Assembly: GCA_963797335.1 (NCBI GenBank)
Contig: CAWCOU010000006.1
Span: 250,613 to 314,612 of the forward strand
Direction of reading: 5' to 3'
Origin: an uncultured Gammaproteobacteria bacterium
GTDB taxonomy: Bacteria; Pseudomonadota; Gammaproteobacteria; JAURND01
DNA length: 64,000 nt
Under the pieces are notes generated by a model, which saw nothing but the letters and a program-made list of their open reading frames with translations, did not search any database and was not told the DNA's origin. A program made the position numbers and the translations under genes. Below, piece after piece: positions 1-9,530 of the stretch; position 1 is the stretch's first letter, and each line of letters starts with the position of its first letter.

Positions 1-97
1 CTGCACGCTTGGCAGCTTCAGGATTTTCTTGAGCAAGAAATTCTCTTAACCTCACCATATCCTCAATGGCACTGTCTAACCAAGTTAACTTCCACAT
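1..97 (-). CDS. RelE/ParE-family type II toxin, 5' part only (runs off window start)
   Basis: Manual translation from ATG at 97: MWKLTWLDSAIEDMVRLREFLAQENPEAAKRA. Matches the ParE N-terminal pattern (AxxDLxxIxxxxxxxNPxAA) and overlaps the end of the antitoxin ORF. Confidence 0.8.
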   Translation of the reverse strand, partial: MWKLTWLDSAIEDMVRLREFLAQENPEAAKRA

Positions 98-375
98 GGG
101 GGTCTTTGGGTTTCTTTATCTGTTCCCCAGGTATCTAGCCATTGACTTACGGATTGATGACTGACTGTCTTGCCTGTCTCTGCTTCTTGCCAGCGAGTTA
201 ATGTTTCTTGAATTAATTGCTCTTTAAGTTCTTCTTCTTCAATATAACGAGTGATCGCTTCTTTCATGAGCCAGTGTGGTGAACGATGCTTAGTTTGTCC
301 TAGACGGTCTAAGCGATCTTTAATTCCGATGTCCAACTTAACCACTTTAGTTACGATTTGACGATCAGCAGACAT
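85..375 (-). CDS. CopG/ribbon-helix-helix antitoxin
   Basis: VKLDIGIKDRLDRLGQTKHRSPHWLMKEAITRYI RHH pattern and C-terminal WLDTWGT. GGAGGAG RBS favours ATG at 375 (ORF track starts at 399). Confidence 0.85.
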   Translation of the reverse strand: MSADRQIVTKVVKLDIGIKDRLDRLGQTKHRSPHWLMKEAITRYIEEEELKEQLIQETLTRWQEAETGKTVSHQSVSQWLDTWGTDKETQRPPCGS

Positions 376-399
376 AGCTCCTCCCATAATTAAGAACAA

Positions 400-414
400 T
401 GATACTAAGTATCA
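400..414. promoter_or_regulatory. Putative antitoxin operator (inverted repeat)
   Basis: TGATACT-A-AGTATCA perfect inverted repeat just upstream of the TA operon. Confidence 0.5.
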
Positions 415-583
415 CTCAGTAATACTAAAAATTCAAGCAATCATTTCAAATTTTTGTATCACCATTCTATCAAATGGTTACTCTCGTGGATAAAATTTGC
501 TCATTACAGACATTTCCTCATTTTGAGCAAATTTATTCAGGCGTTAAATATGCTCATTATGGCCATTTCGCCAGGTTGAGCAT

Positions 584-1576
584 TTAGTCATAGCTAATCA
601 CCACTTTCCCCTTGGCCTGGCCTGATTCTAGGAGGGCGTGGGCGTCTTTTACGGTTACTAATGAGAATACATGTGGATCGACCAAGGGTTTTAGCTTGCC
701 TTCATCGGCTATTTTGGCTACTTCTTCCAATATTTTGCCATGTTCTTCACGGCGTTGATTCTTTAAAATCGGTAAAAGCATGAAAATCACATGCAGGCTT
801 AACCCTTTGCTATGCATAGGGGTTAAATCATGGGTGGAGCGTGCAGCGGTCGCTACGACAGCGCCATTTTCACTGGCTGCCAGTAAGGATTTATCCAGAT
901 TGGGGCCACCGACGGTATCAAAGACAATATCGAAACCGCGGTTATGGGTGAGCCCGCTGAGGTAAGTTTCTAAGGTTTCTTCTTTTGCGTTAATGACTGT
1001 ATCGGCACCTAGTGATTTGGCTAATGAAAAATCTTCGTCTCTGAGCACGGTCGTAAACACCTGAGCTCCTCTCCACCTGGCCAGTTGCACGGCAATATGG
1101 CCCACTCCACCGATGCCTCCGTGTATTAGGATGCTCTTTTTATCGGTTAGCTGCGCTCGCTTAAATAAACCTTCCCAAGCAGTGATACTGACTAAGGGCA
1201 ATGCCGCAGCTTGCTGCATAGATAAAGAGCGTGGCTTATGGGCGATTAATCGTGCATCGGCCAACATATACTCGGCTAATGCCCCAGCTGTTCCTTTTAA
1301 TCCGCCAGCGCAACCGTACACTTCATCCCCGACTTTAAACCCTGAGACATCGGGCCCAATAGCCTCAATTACACCCGCCACATCACCGTGTAAAATAGCT
1401 GGAAAATCAGGCGCAATGGCGCTCACTACCCCAGCTCTAATTTTACAATCGATTTGATTGACACTGGTGGCAGCGACTTTGATGAGCACATGCCCCGACT
1501 TCAGTTCAGGCTTGGGAAGATCCACCCACTCGAAAACGGAAGGGTCACCAAATTGATTAATGATTTGTGCTTTCAT
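584..1576 (-). CDS. MDR-family (zinc-type ADH-like) quinone oxidoreductase
   Basis: MKAQII...GDPSV, SVNQIDCKIRAG, LIHGGIGGVGHIAVQLA NADP-binding motif, C-terminal GKVVI. Confidence 0.9.
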   Translation of the reverse strand: MKAQIINQFGDPSVFEWVDLPKPELKSGHVLIKVAATSVNQIDCKIRAGVVSAIAPDFPAILHGDVAGVIEAIGPDVSGFKVGDEVYGCAGGLKGTAGALAEYMLADARLIAHKPRSLSMQQAAALPLVSITAWEGLFKRAQLTDKKSILIHGGIGGVGHIAVQLARWRGAQVFTTVLRDEDFSLAKSLGADTVINAKEETLETYLSGLTHNRGFDIVFDTVGGPNLDKSLLAASENGAVVATAARSTHDLTPMHSKGLSLHVIFMLLPILKNQRREEHGKILEEVAKIADEGKLKPLVDPHVFSLVTVKDAHALLESGQAKGKVVISYD

Positions 1577-1732
1577 AAGCTTTCCTCATGTAGCATCGGA
1601 TGCTTTATAGCTGATAGTGAGACAGTAGTGAGAAATATTATAGCTATAAGCATATTAGGCGCAAGTATGCATATGTGCGATAATATCAAAATATGTACTT
1701 AAACAAGGCAAGCTAATTTAGGAGTAATCTCG

Positions 1733-2422
1733 ATGAAAAAATACAGGATTCAATTACTATTTTGGCTATCCGCCTTTTGCTTTATCACTGCCCAAGCTGC
1801 AAATATCACTCAGTTACGCAATCAACGCTATTGCGAAATTATTTTAGGTGCGCAAAACAAGGGGATGCTGCAGGCGGATGTTTACAGCACAGTGGGATTA
1901 AATTCTTGTCCGGCCGAACTTTGGAATAAATTAGATACGACGGCCATAAAAACACAGACCCAAGCATTAGTCGTCAAATTAAACGGTCCTCGTTACTGGG
2001 TCATTGACGGTATGCAGAATTCAAGTTTAATTAATACCCACATCCAAGTTTTTCAAGGCATTGCCACGCGCCAAGCGGCCACTTTAATGCTGTCGTGGCA
2101 CGATTTTTTACGTGACCTCAAACCTTATCAATTACATGAAGTCATGCGTCAAACCACTTGGGTTTACCAAAAAAATAAACCTATTTATGAACTTATCGAC
2201 CCAGCCAAACACATTTATATTATGCAATCCTACAGCGTTCAAAAACAGAATCAAAACCTGGCAGATTTAGCTACTCTTGAAACTAAACTTCATCTGCCAA
2301 AGGGTTGGCAATTTCGAACCCGGACCTTGACCCAAGACGCCTATTTCAGCACAATCAATGGTAAAGCCATTGTCATCCAAGATGATTTTTTAAATACTTA
2401 TCAACTAGAAACACCGGCTTGA
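1733..2422 (+). CDS. Hypothetical exported protein
   Basis: AGGAG RBS, signal-peptide-like N-terminus ending AQA, 229 aa with two Cys (RYCEI, LNSCP). Confidence 0.7.
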   Translation: MKKYRIQLLFWLSAFCFITAQAANITQLRNQRYCEIILGAQNKGMLQADVYSTVGLNSCPAELWNKLDTTAIKTQTQALVVKLNGPRYWVIDGMQNSSLINTHIQVFQGIATRQAATLMLSWHDFLRDLKPYQLHEVMRQTTWVYQKNKPIYELIDPAKHIYIMQSYSVQKQNQNLADLATLETKLHLPKGWQFRTRTLTQDAYFSTINGKAIVIQDDFLNTYQLETPA

Positions 2423-2521
2423 CGACCAAACATTGTGAGATTACGCGTCAGCTAGGGCCTTCGTCGTGCCCCTTACGTCGTTCCGCGGCTTGTCTGCAGC
2501 CCCTCATGCCATGAACTGGCC

Positions 2522-2614
2522 CCGTCATCCCGAGCAAAGCGAGGGATCTACTGAATCAAGCACATTATTGTAGTGCCACATCAAGTAGATCCCTCGCTTC
2601 ACTCGGGATGACGG
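2522..2614. repeat. Palindromic REP-like element, family A (GTCATCC(C/T)GAGC...GGATCT / AGATCC...GGATGAC)
   Basis: CCGTCATCCCGAGCAAAGCGAGGGATCTAC ... GTAGATCCCTCGCTTCACTCGGGATGACGG between convergent genes; relatives at 28040-28140 and 42733-42865. Confidence 0.85.
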
Positions 2615-2621
2615 AGTTCTT

Positions 2622-3440
2622 TTAAGAAGGTTGACAATTCGGGCAGTAAACTGTACTGCGATTGCTTAATCGCAGGCCGCGCAATTGTGTCGCGCATTGT
2701 TTGCAAGGCAGGCCTTCTCGGCCATAGACTGCGAGTTCAACGGCGAAATAACCGGCTTCACCCGCGCTGTTGACAAAATCTTTCAGCGTGGTGCCGCCTT
2801 GGCGAATGGCGCGGCGTAAAATGAGTTTCACTGCCTTCACCAAGCGATTGTGATCTGCTAATGTCAATTGCCGGGCCGGGGTCAGGGGATGGATACCGGC
2901 GAAAAATAAGGCTTCATTGGCATAAATGTTACCGACACCGACAACGGTTTGATGATCCATCAAAAACGATTTCACCGGTAAGCTACGAGTTTTAGCCTGT
3001 TGCCAAAGATAACGTCCGGAAAAGGCAGGGGTTAACGGTTCACACCCCAAGTTTTTTAATAACGGGTGTTGATTGGGATTTTTTTCTGTCCAGAGCAAAG
3101 CACCAAATCGTCGCGGGTCGGTGAAACGTAATACCTTGCCATTGGCAAATACCAGATCGACATGATCGTGTTTCTCAGCGGGTAATTGTTGTTGTAGAAT
3201 ACGTAATCGACCAGACATGCCCAGATGCAAAATCACCGTACCCTGCCCTAACTTTAACAATAAATATTTACCACGGCGATCCACCTGCTGAATGCATTGC
3301 TGTTCTAAACAATGGATGATGTTTTTGGGCACCGGCCATCGCAATCCGTAATGCCGAATAATCACCCGCGAAATAACCTGCCCGACGATATGGGGTTGTA
3401 TTCCGCGTTTAATCACTTCAACTTCTGGTAATTCAGGCAT
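2622..3440 (-). CDS. mutM: Formamidopyrimidine-DNA glycosylase
   Basis: MPELPEVE N-terminus, RRGKYL, HLGMSG, DPRRFG, GVGNIYANE, C-terminal CxxC...CxxC zinc finger. Confidence 0.97.
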   Translation of the reverse strand: MPELPEVEVIKRGIQPHIVGQVISRVIIRHYGLRWPVPKNIIHCLEQQCIQQVDRRGKYLLLKLGQGTVILHLGMSGRLRILQQQLPAEKHDHVDLVFANGKVLRFTDPRRFGALLWTEKNPNQHPLLKNLGCEPLTPAFSGRYLWQQAKTRSLPVKSFLMDHQTVVGVGNIYANEALFFAGIHPLTPARQLTLADHNRLVKAVKLILRRAIRQGGTTLKDFVNSAGEAGYFAVELAVYGREGLPCKQCATQLRGLRLSNRSTVYCPNCQPS

Positions 3441-3460
3441 ATTTTTTGAAAGGTATGAGA

Positions 3461-4531
3461 ATGAATTCGTGGTTATTGATTGGCTGTTATACTCGAAAAC
3501 CCAATGCTGAGAAAGGAATTTATAGCTGCCAACTCAACAGACAAACTGGGGCTATCACTCCGGTGACTGTTTTCGAGGAATTGCCTAACCCCAGCTTCCT
3601 GGCTTTTAGTCACGATAAACGCCGTATCTTCGCAGTCATGGAAACCAACGATTTCGCTGCAGGAAATTCAGGCGGAGTCTCCAGTTTGCAGTGGCATGAC
3701 GAGACTGGGCAATTAACACTGCTAAATTCACAGGCAACTCAAGGTGCTGATCCTTGCCATGTGCGGGTAGCGCCGAATGATCGCGCTATTTTAGTCACGA
3801 ATTACGATGGTCAAAGCGCCACCGTGTTACCTGTATTCGCCGATGGTTGCATTCAACCAGTTAGTCAATGGTTTTCTTATCAAGGCCATGGCGTTCATTT
3901 GCCACGTCAAGATTGCTCACATCCTCACTCCACTTTTTTTTCCCCGGATTATCGTTACGTATACGTGGCTGATCTGGGCTTAGATTGTCTGCACGCCTAT
4001 CACTTCGATGCTCAGCAAGCGGTGCTGACAGTAACCGATTGGCAGTCGGTAAAAACACCGCCCGGTTCAGGACCACGGCACTTGGTGTCTCATCCCAATG
4101 GACAACTGGTTTATCTGATTAATGAATTAAGTAATACGATTATCGTTTACCGTTATGAACCAGACACTGGTAAGTTGCACCCACAACAAATGACGTCGAC
4201 TTTACCCAAGGATTTCAGGGGTGAAAACACGGCAGCGGAACTGCAAATCTTCGCAAATGGCCGATTTTTATATGCCAGTAATCGTGGCCACAACAGCATC
4301 GCTATTTTTAAAATTGAAGCCAATGGTGATCTCAGCTGTCAGGGTTTTCAGTCGACACTAGGGCAAGGGCCCCGGCATTTTATGATAACTTCGGATAATC
4401 ACCTGCTTTTATGCGCTAATCAAGATTCCGGCAATGTCGTTAGTTTTTTCATCGACTCCCAAGGTGGACAATTAACACCGACGGGGCATCAACTACAGCT
4501 AGAACAACCTGTTTGCCTCCTGGAGACTTAA
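3461..4531 (+). CDS. pgl: 6-phosphogluconolactonase (lactonase beta-propeller)
   Basis: NPSFLA, HPHS, VADLGLD, GSGPRH, INELSN, FLYASNRGHNSI, NQDS motifs; start at 3455 or 3461. Confidence 0.88.
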   Translation: MNSWLLIGCYTRKPNAEKGIYSCQLNRQTGAITPVTVFEELPNPSFLAFSHDKRRIFAVMETNDFAAGNSGGVSSLQWHDETGQLTLLNSQATQGADPCHVRVAPNDRAILVTNYDGQSATVLPVFADGCIQPVSQWFSYQGHGVHLPRQDCSHPHSTFFSPDYRYVYVADLGLDCLHAYHFDAQQAVLTVTDWQSVKTPPGSGPRHLVSHPNGQLVYLINELSNTIIVYRYEPDTGKLHPQQMTSTLPKDFRGENTAAELQIFANGRFLYASNRGHNSIAIFKIEANGDLSCQGFQSTLGQGPRHFMITSDNHLLLCANQDSGNVVSFFIDSQGGQLTPTGHQLQLEQPVCLLET

Positions 4532-4532
4532 G

Positions 4533-4627
4533 ATCCCCTCTCCCGTTTGCGGGAGAGGGTTGTATGAGGTGGCTGCCAATTTAAACAGCCCTCTCCCTAA
4601 CCCTCTCCCGCAAGCGGGAGAGGGGAT
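4533..4627. repeat. Palindromic REP-like element, family B (CCCTCTCCC...GGGAGAGGG)
   Basis: CCCCTCTCCCGTTTGCGGGAGAGGG and CCCTCTCCCGCAAGCGGGAGAGGGG in inverted arrangement; overlaps the MFS gene 3' end. Confidence 0.85.
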
Positions 4628-5862
4628 TTTCGGGAGAGGAGATTTTTTGGCAAACGAGTAATTGCCCATAAACCAAAGCTCGCGGTTAAGATGAGATAGA
4701 CACTGGGTGACAAATAGCCTAGCTTCTGCGTCAATACACTGGCGATAAGTGGTGCAGTGCCACCAAATAATGCATTACCTAGGTTATAAGAAAAAGAGAC
4801 AGCGCTATAACGGATTTGAGAAGGACAATTCTCAATCGCTGCAATCAGGGTGTTACCCTGCTCCAGGGCGCTGAAAAGTGCGACAAAGCCAAGTGCCAAA
4901 ATAACTCCTGAATGCAATAAATACCAACAAGGCACCGTCAAAATTAATATACTAATAGCAGCTATCATTAGCATTCTTCGCCTTCCCCAACGATCACCAA
5001 ACCACCCGGCTACGGGAATTAAACACATCATCACTAATAATAAAACCGCTTGCACACTCAACGCTTCGGTTAACGAGGTATCGCGATGTTGGGCTAAATA
5101 ATTAGGCAAATAGCCAAAGAAGATAAAATAAAAACTAGAGCCCATGCAGGTCAGCCCCAGAATCATCAGTAATTGTCGTGGGCAATGTCGCAAAGCGACT
5201 AATAACGGCTTTTTTTCAACCTGTTGAGAGACCTGCAATTGCTGATAAATGGGGGTTTCTGCTAATTTCAACCGAAAATAAAGAATAATAAATCCAAGCG
5301 CTCCCGCTAATAAAAAAGGAAGGCGCCAAAACCAATCAGGGAGCGTCTCTTGAAGCATAAATCGGTGCAGAACCAGGGCAAATACGGTAGCCAGTAAAAA
5401 CCCCATGTTAGCGCCCAGGGCGGCAAAGCTGGTAAAAAATCCCCGTCGCTGCGGCGTCGCTGATTCGGCCAGGTAGACGGCGATGCCACTGTATTCCCCG
5501 CCCACCGATAATCCCTGCAAAATTCGCAATACAGTAAATAGTAGCGGGGCTAATAAGCCAACATCCCGGTACGTGGGCAATAAGCCCACTAATAATGTGG
5601 TAAAGGTGATGGCTAAAATGGACCAGCGTAATGCTTTGGCGCGACCAATGCGATCGCCCAAATGACCAAACAATATCCCGCCGGCAGGCCGGCAGAGAAA
5701 TCCTGCTGCAAAAACACCAAACGCGGCAATCGCGGCGCTATTGGCATTGTGAACTGGAAAAAATTGTTCACCAATAATAGGGGCCAGATAAACGAATAGA
5801 CCAAAATCCAGCCATTCGATAATATTGCCTAAACTACTGGCGGTGACGTTCTGCCATTTCAT
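4597..5862 (-). CDS. MFS metabolite:H+ symporter (ProP/MHS-like)
   Basis: GNIIEWLDF, FLCRPAGGILFGHLGDRIGR, RILQGLSVGGEY, WRLPFL, GGTAP; alternative start 5901. Confidence 0.92.
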   Translation of the reverse strand: MKWQNVTASSLGNIIEWLDFGLFVYLAPIIGEQFFPVHNANSAAIAAFGVFAAGFLCRPAGGILFGHLGDRIGRAKALRWSILAITFTTLLVGLLPTYRDVGLLAPLLFTVLRILQGLSVGGEYSGIAVYLAESATPQRRGFFTSFAALGANMGFLLATVFALVLHRFMLQETLPDWFWRLPFLLAGALGFIILYFRLKLAETPIYQQLQVSQQVEKKPLLVALRHCPRQLLMILGLTCMGSSFYFIFFGYLPNYLAQHRDTSLTEALSVQAVLLLVMMCLIPVAGWFGDRWGRRRMLMIAAISILILTVPCWYLLHSGVILALGFVALFSALEQGNTLIAAIENCPSQIRYSAVSFSYNLGNALFGGTAPLIASVLTQKLGYLSPSVYLILTASFGLWAITRLPKNLLSRKSPLPLAGEG

Positions 5863-5985
5863 TGGCTGCTCGATTGGTTTTGCCCAAAAGGGTATCCACA
5901 AAAACTTACCTATTCTTATAAAGATGCTAAACTAGGCGCTTAGCAACGACCGATAGTAAACTGGAAAAACCAAAAGGGCAAATCC

Positions 5986-6477
5986 GTGTCATCTGAATTT
6001 GAACCGATCATTCAAACGATAGCAGCTGACTTATTAGCGCGAAAGTGGTTTTTAGTGACCGCGGAATCCTGCACAGGCGGATGGCTGAGCCAAACACTGA
6101 CCGCCATACCCGGCAGTTCGCAGTGGTTTGAACGTGGGTTTGTGACCTATAGCAATCAAGCAAAGCAAGACATGCTGGGCGTGCGAGCAGAAACCTTACA
6201 ACAACACGGTGCCGTCAGCGAAGCCACGGTCCAGGAAATGGCGCAAGGAGCGCTTACCCATAGCCGAGGCCAAGTGAGTGTCGCCATTACTGGCATTGCC
6301 GGTCCCCAATCGGATGAGAGCCAAAAACCCGTGGGCACGGTGTGGCTAGCATTCGCAACCCCAGAATCAGTGGTTGCTCAGTGCTGCCATTTTTCCGGTG
6401 ATCGCCAAACTATACGCCACCAGTCGGTTCAAGCGGCCTTAGAACAATTATTGGATATTTTAACGAGTCTGACATGA
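5986..6477 (+). CDS. pncC: CinA C-terminal domain / NMN deamidase
   Basis: TAESCTGG, GSSQWFERGFVTYSNQAK, GAVSE, TGIAGP, KPVGTV. Confidence 0.9.
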   Translation: MSSEFEPIIQTIAADLLARKWFLVTAESCTGGWLSQTLTAIPGSSQWFERGFVTYSNQAKQDMLGVRAETLQQHGAVSEATVQEMAQGALTHSRGQVSVAITGIAGPQSDESQKPVGTVWLAFATPESVVAQCCHFSGDRQTIRHQSVQAALEQLLDILTSLT

Positions 6478-7193
6478 TTACTGAACATAAAAACAACCCC
6501 CCCGCTTCGCTCGCCCCTGTCATTACCGTGGATGGCCCGGGCGGTACTGGCAAAGGCACAGTCAGCCAAGCAATTGCTAAAGAATTAAAATGGCATTACT
6601 TGGATAGCGGTGCACTGTTTCGCATTGTTGCTTTTGCTGCTGAAAAATACGGTGTGCGCTTACAAGATGAAGCCGGCCTTGCTGCACTGATTGATACCTT
6701 AACCATGGACTTTGTCGAACAAAATGAGCGCATGATTATTCGTATCGATCACCAAGAAGTAACCCACGACATCCGTACCGAAACCTGTGGTCAAGCTGCT
6801 TCCCAAATCGCGGTGTTACCTAAGGTCAGGCAAGCGCTCTTGGCCCGTCAGCGCTCTTTTCGACGCTACCCCGGATTAGTCACCGATGGCCGAGACATGG
6901 GCACGGTCATTTTCCCCGACGCCTCTTTGAAATTTTTTCTGCAGGCCAGCGTCGAAGAACGCGCAAAAAGGCGGCTTAAGCAGTTGAAAACGCTAGGCAT
7001 ACATGCTAGCCTTGCTTCAATTTCGCAAGATTTGGCCGAGCGCGATGCCCGTGACACCGGGCGTGGCATAGCTCCTTTGCAAGCTGCTGATGACGCTATT
7101 CTTATCGATACGACGTCGTTAAGCGTGCCTCAGGTGTATGACCGCGTCATGCAAATCATCACCGCGGAATTATGCGTTAAACCAAGTAAATAA
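6474..7193 (+). CDS. cmk: Cytidylate kinase
   Basis: ITVDGPGGTGKGT, LDSGALFR, DGRDMGTVIFPDA, ERAKRR; directly upstream of rpsA. Confidence 0.96.
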   Translation: MITEHKNNPPASLAPVITVDGPGGTGKGTVSQAIAKELKWHYLDSGALFRIVAFAAEKYGVRLQDEAGLAALIDTLTMDFVEQNERMIIRIDHQEVTHDIRTETCGQAASQIAVLPKVRQALLARQRSFRRYPGLVTDGRDMGTVIFPDASLKFFLQASVEERAKRRLKQLKTLGIHASLASISQDLAERDARDTGRGIAPLQAADDAILIDTTSLSVPQVYDRVMQIITAELCVKPSK

Positions 7194-7423
7194 TGTATTT
7201 TTACAATTTTTAATGGGGTTTCTACTCAACGGTTTTCGACTATCTACTAGCATCGCTCTTATCAGTTTCTTGATAAACTCCACTGTGATTTTCCCGAGTT
7301 CCCAGATGATATTCTAGAAGTCGTGTTGTTAGAAATAAATGTAAACTGTCATGCAAATGACCTCAACTTTAAATTTCCTGAACCGCTGTTTAGGAGTTTA
7401 ATAATACCTGGAAATAGGAAAAA

Positions 7424-9130
7424 ATGAGTTTCACCAACGAAGAAAGTTTTGCTGATTTATTACAAGAAACGTTAATGAGCGCTGACATTAAACCAGGCGC
7501 TACGTTAAAAGCGACCATCTTAGAAATCAAATCCGACAATGTCATTGTCAATACCGGATTAAAATCCGATGCCATTATTCCCGTCGAAGAATTCCGCAGC
7601 GAAACCATTCAAGTCGGCGATGAAATCAATGTTGTTCTCGAAGCTTTAGAAGATGGTTTCGGCAGCACCCGCGTCTCCCGCGAAAAAGCGCGCCGCACCG
7701 AAGCCTGGGCTTTACTGGATCAAGCCTTTACCTCTGGCCAAACCGTCATCGGTGTCGTCACCGAACGCGTCAAAGGCGGCTTTACAGTGGATCTGCATTC
7801 CGTACGCGCCTTCTTACCAGGTTCATTAGTCGATCTACGTTCGACAAGAGAAGCCGCTGCGTTGGAAGGTAAAGAATTAGAATTCAAAGTCATTAAAATG
7901 GATCAAAAACGCAACAACATCGTCGTTTCTCGACGAGCAGTGGTTGAGGAAGAATCGGGCAGCGAACGTCAAGCCCTATTAGAAAGCTTAAAAGAAGGTC
8001 AAGAATTTACCGGGGTCGTCAAAAATATCACCGATTACGGTGCGTTTATCGATCTGGGTGGTATTGATGGTCTATTGCATATTACCGATATGGCCTGGCG
8101 TCGCGTCAAGCACCCGAGTGAAATTCTCAAAGTGGGTGATGAGATTCGAGTAAAAGTACTGAAATACGACAGGGATAAGAAACGCGTATCACTGGGTCTG
8201 AAACAATTGGGTGAAGATCCATGGTTAGATATCGCCCGCCGTTATCCGGTCAATACCCGCTTGTTTGGCCAAGTCACCAATATCACCGATTACGGCTGCT
8301 TTGTGCAAATTGAAGACGGCATTGAAGGTTTGGTGCATATGTCTGAAATGGATTGGACTAACAAAAATGTCCACCCTGCTAAGTTAGTACAACCTAGATC
8401 AAGAAGTCGAAGTGATGGTGTTGGAAATTGATGAAGAACGCCGTCGTATTTCCTTGGGTATGAAACAATGCCAACGCCAATCCTTGGGAAGAGTTTGCCA
8501 ATAACCACAATAAAGGCGAAAAAGTCAGCGGTAATGTGAAATCAATTACTGACTTCGGTATCTTTATTGGCCTCGATGGCGGTATTGACGGTCTTAGTGC
8601 ATTTGTCGGATATTTCTTGGAAAGATTCCGGTGAAGCAGCCATTCGTCGCTACAAAAAAGGCGATCAAATCGATGCGGTTATTCTGGCCATTGATCCGGA
8701 ACGTGAACGGATCTCCTTGGGCGTTAAGCAAATGGAAAGTGATCCATTCGGCAAATTCCTGGAAGATCACCCCAAAGGTTCTATTGTGACCGGCACCGTT
8801 TCCTCCATGGATGCCAAACGCGCAATTATCGACCTCGGTGAAGGCCTGCAGGGTCATCTGCGCGCCGCTGAATTGAGCAGTGAACCGGTGAAAGATATTC
8901 AGGAACACCTGAAAGTCGGTGATGAAATTACCGCTCGCTTGCTCAGCGTCGATCGTAAATTAAGCGTGTTTAATTTATCGGTGAAAGCCGTGGATGAAGA
9001 AACGCCGCGGGAACCGAAGAGCAGTAAAAAAGAGAAAGAGAAGGACAAGGAAAAAGATAATAACTCCGGCAAGACCACGCTGGGAGATCTGTTCCGTGAA
9101 CAAGTGAAGGGGAACAAAGATAACGATTAA
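7424..9130 (+). CDS. rpsA: 30S ribosomal protein S1, reading frame broken by three apparent single-base insertions (~8393, ~8472-8475, ~8593)
   Basis: S1 repeats ([37 protein letters not shown]). Removing one base at each site restores continuous [57 protein letters not shown]. Confidence 0.95.
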
Positions 9131-9168
9131 TCGTTATCAAAAAGTCTATACCCTTCTCCTCCGGGGAG

Positions 9169-9463
9169 CTAGGATATGCACACATCTTTTTCAGTCAATG
9201 GAGTGAGCATTAGATTAGGAGTTAGCACTGTAAGCCCCCTCTCCCGCGCGAGGGGCATGAATAAAGGCTCTGAACTTATTCGCGGGAGAGGGTTGGGGGA
9301 GAGGGCGAATGGATAGCGCGAGACTTTACCCTCTCCCCCAACCCTCTCCCGCGAATAGGTTTGCAGCTTTTGCCCAAACTCCTCGCGCGGGAGAGGGGGG
9401 CTTACAGTGCTAATCGTTAATCAAGTGCCTACTCACAGTTGACTAAAAAAATGCATACCCTAG
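9169..9463. mobile_element. Composite (nested) MITE-like inverted-repeat element, copy 1
   Basis: CTAG-bounded imperfect palindrome of ~295 bp; near-identical copy at 57088-57386; non-coding. Confidence 0.8.
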
Positions 9464-9530
9464 CCTTGGGGAGATCAGTACCAATAGGAAAGTAGGATAA
9501 ACATCGACTCACTCACCACAAGGAAAGTCC

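Noticed and set aside
8385-8600. Programmed ribosomal frameshifting in rpsA
   Set aside because: No slippery heptamers or homopolymer runs at the three sites; sequencing error is more parsimonious
8567-9130. Separate 187-aa S1-domain gene
   Set aside because: It is the 3' part of rpsA in the original frame after three insertions
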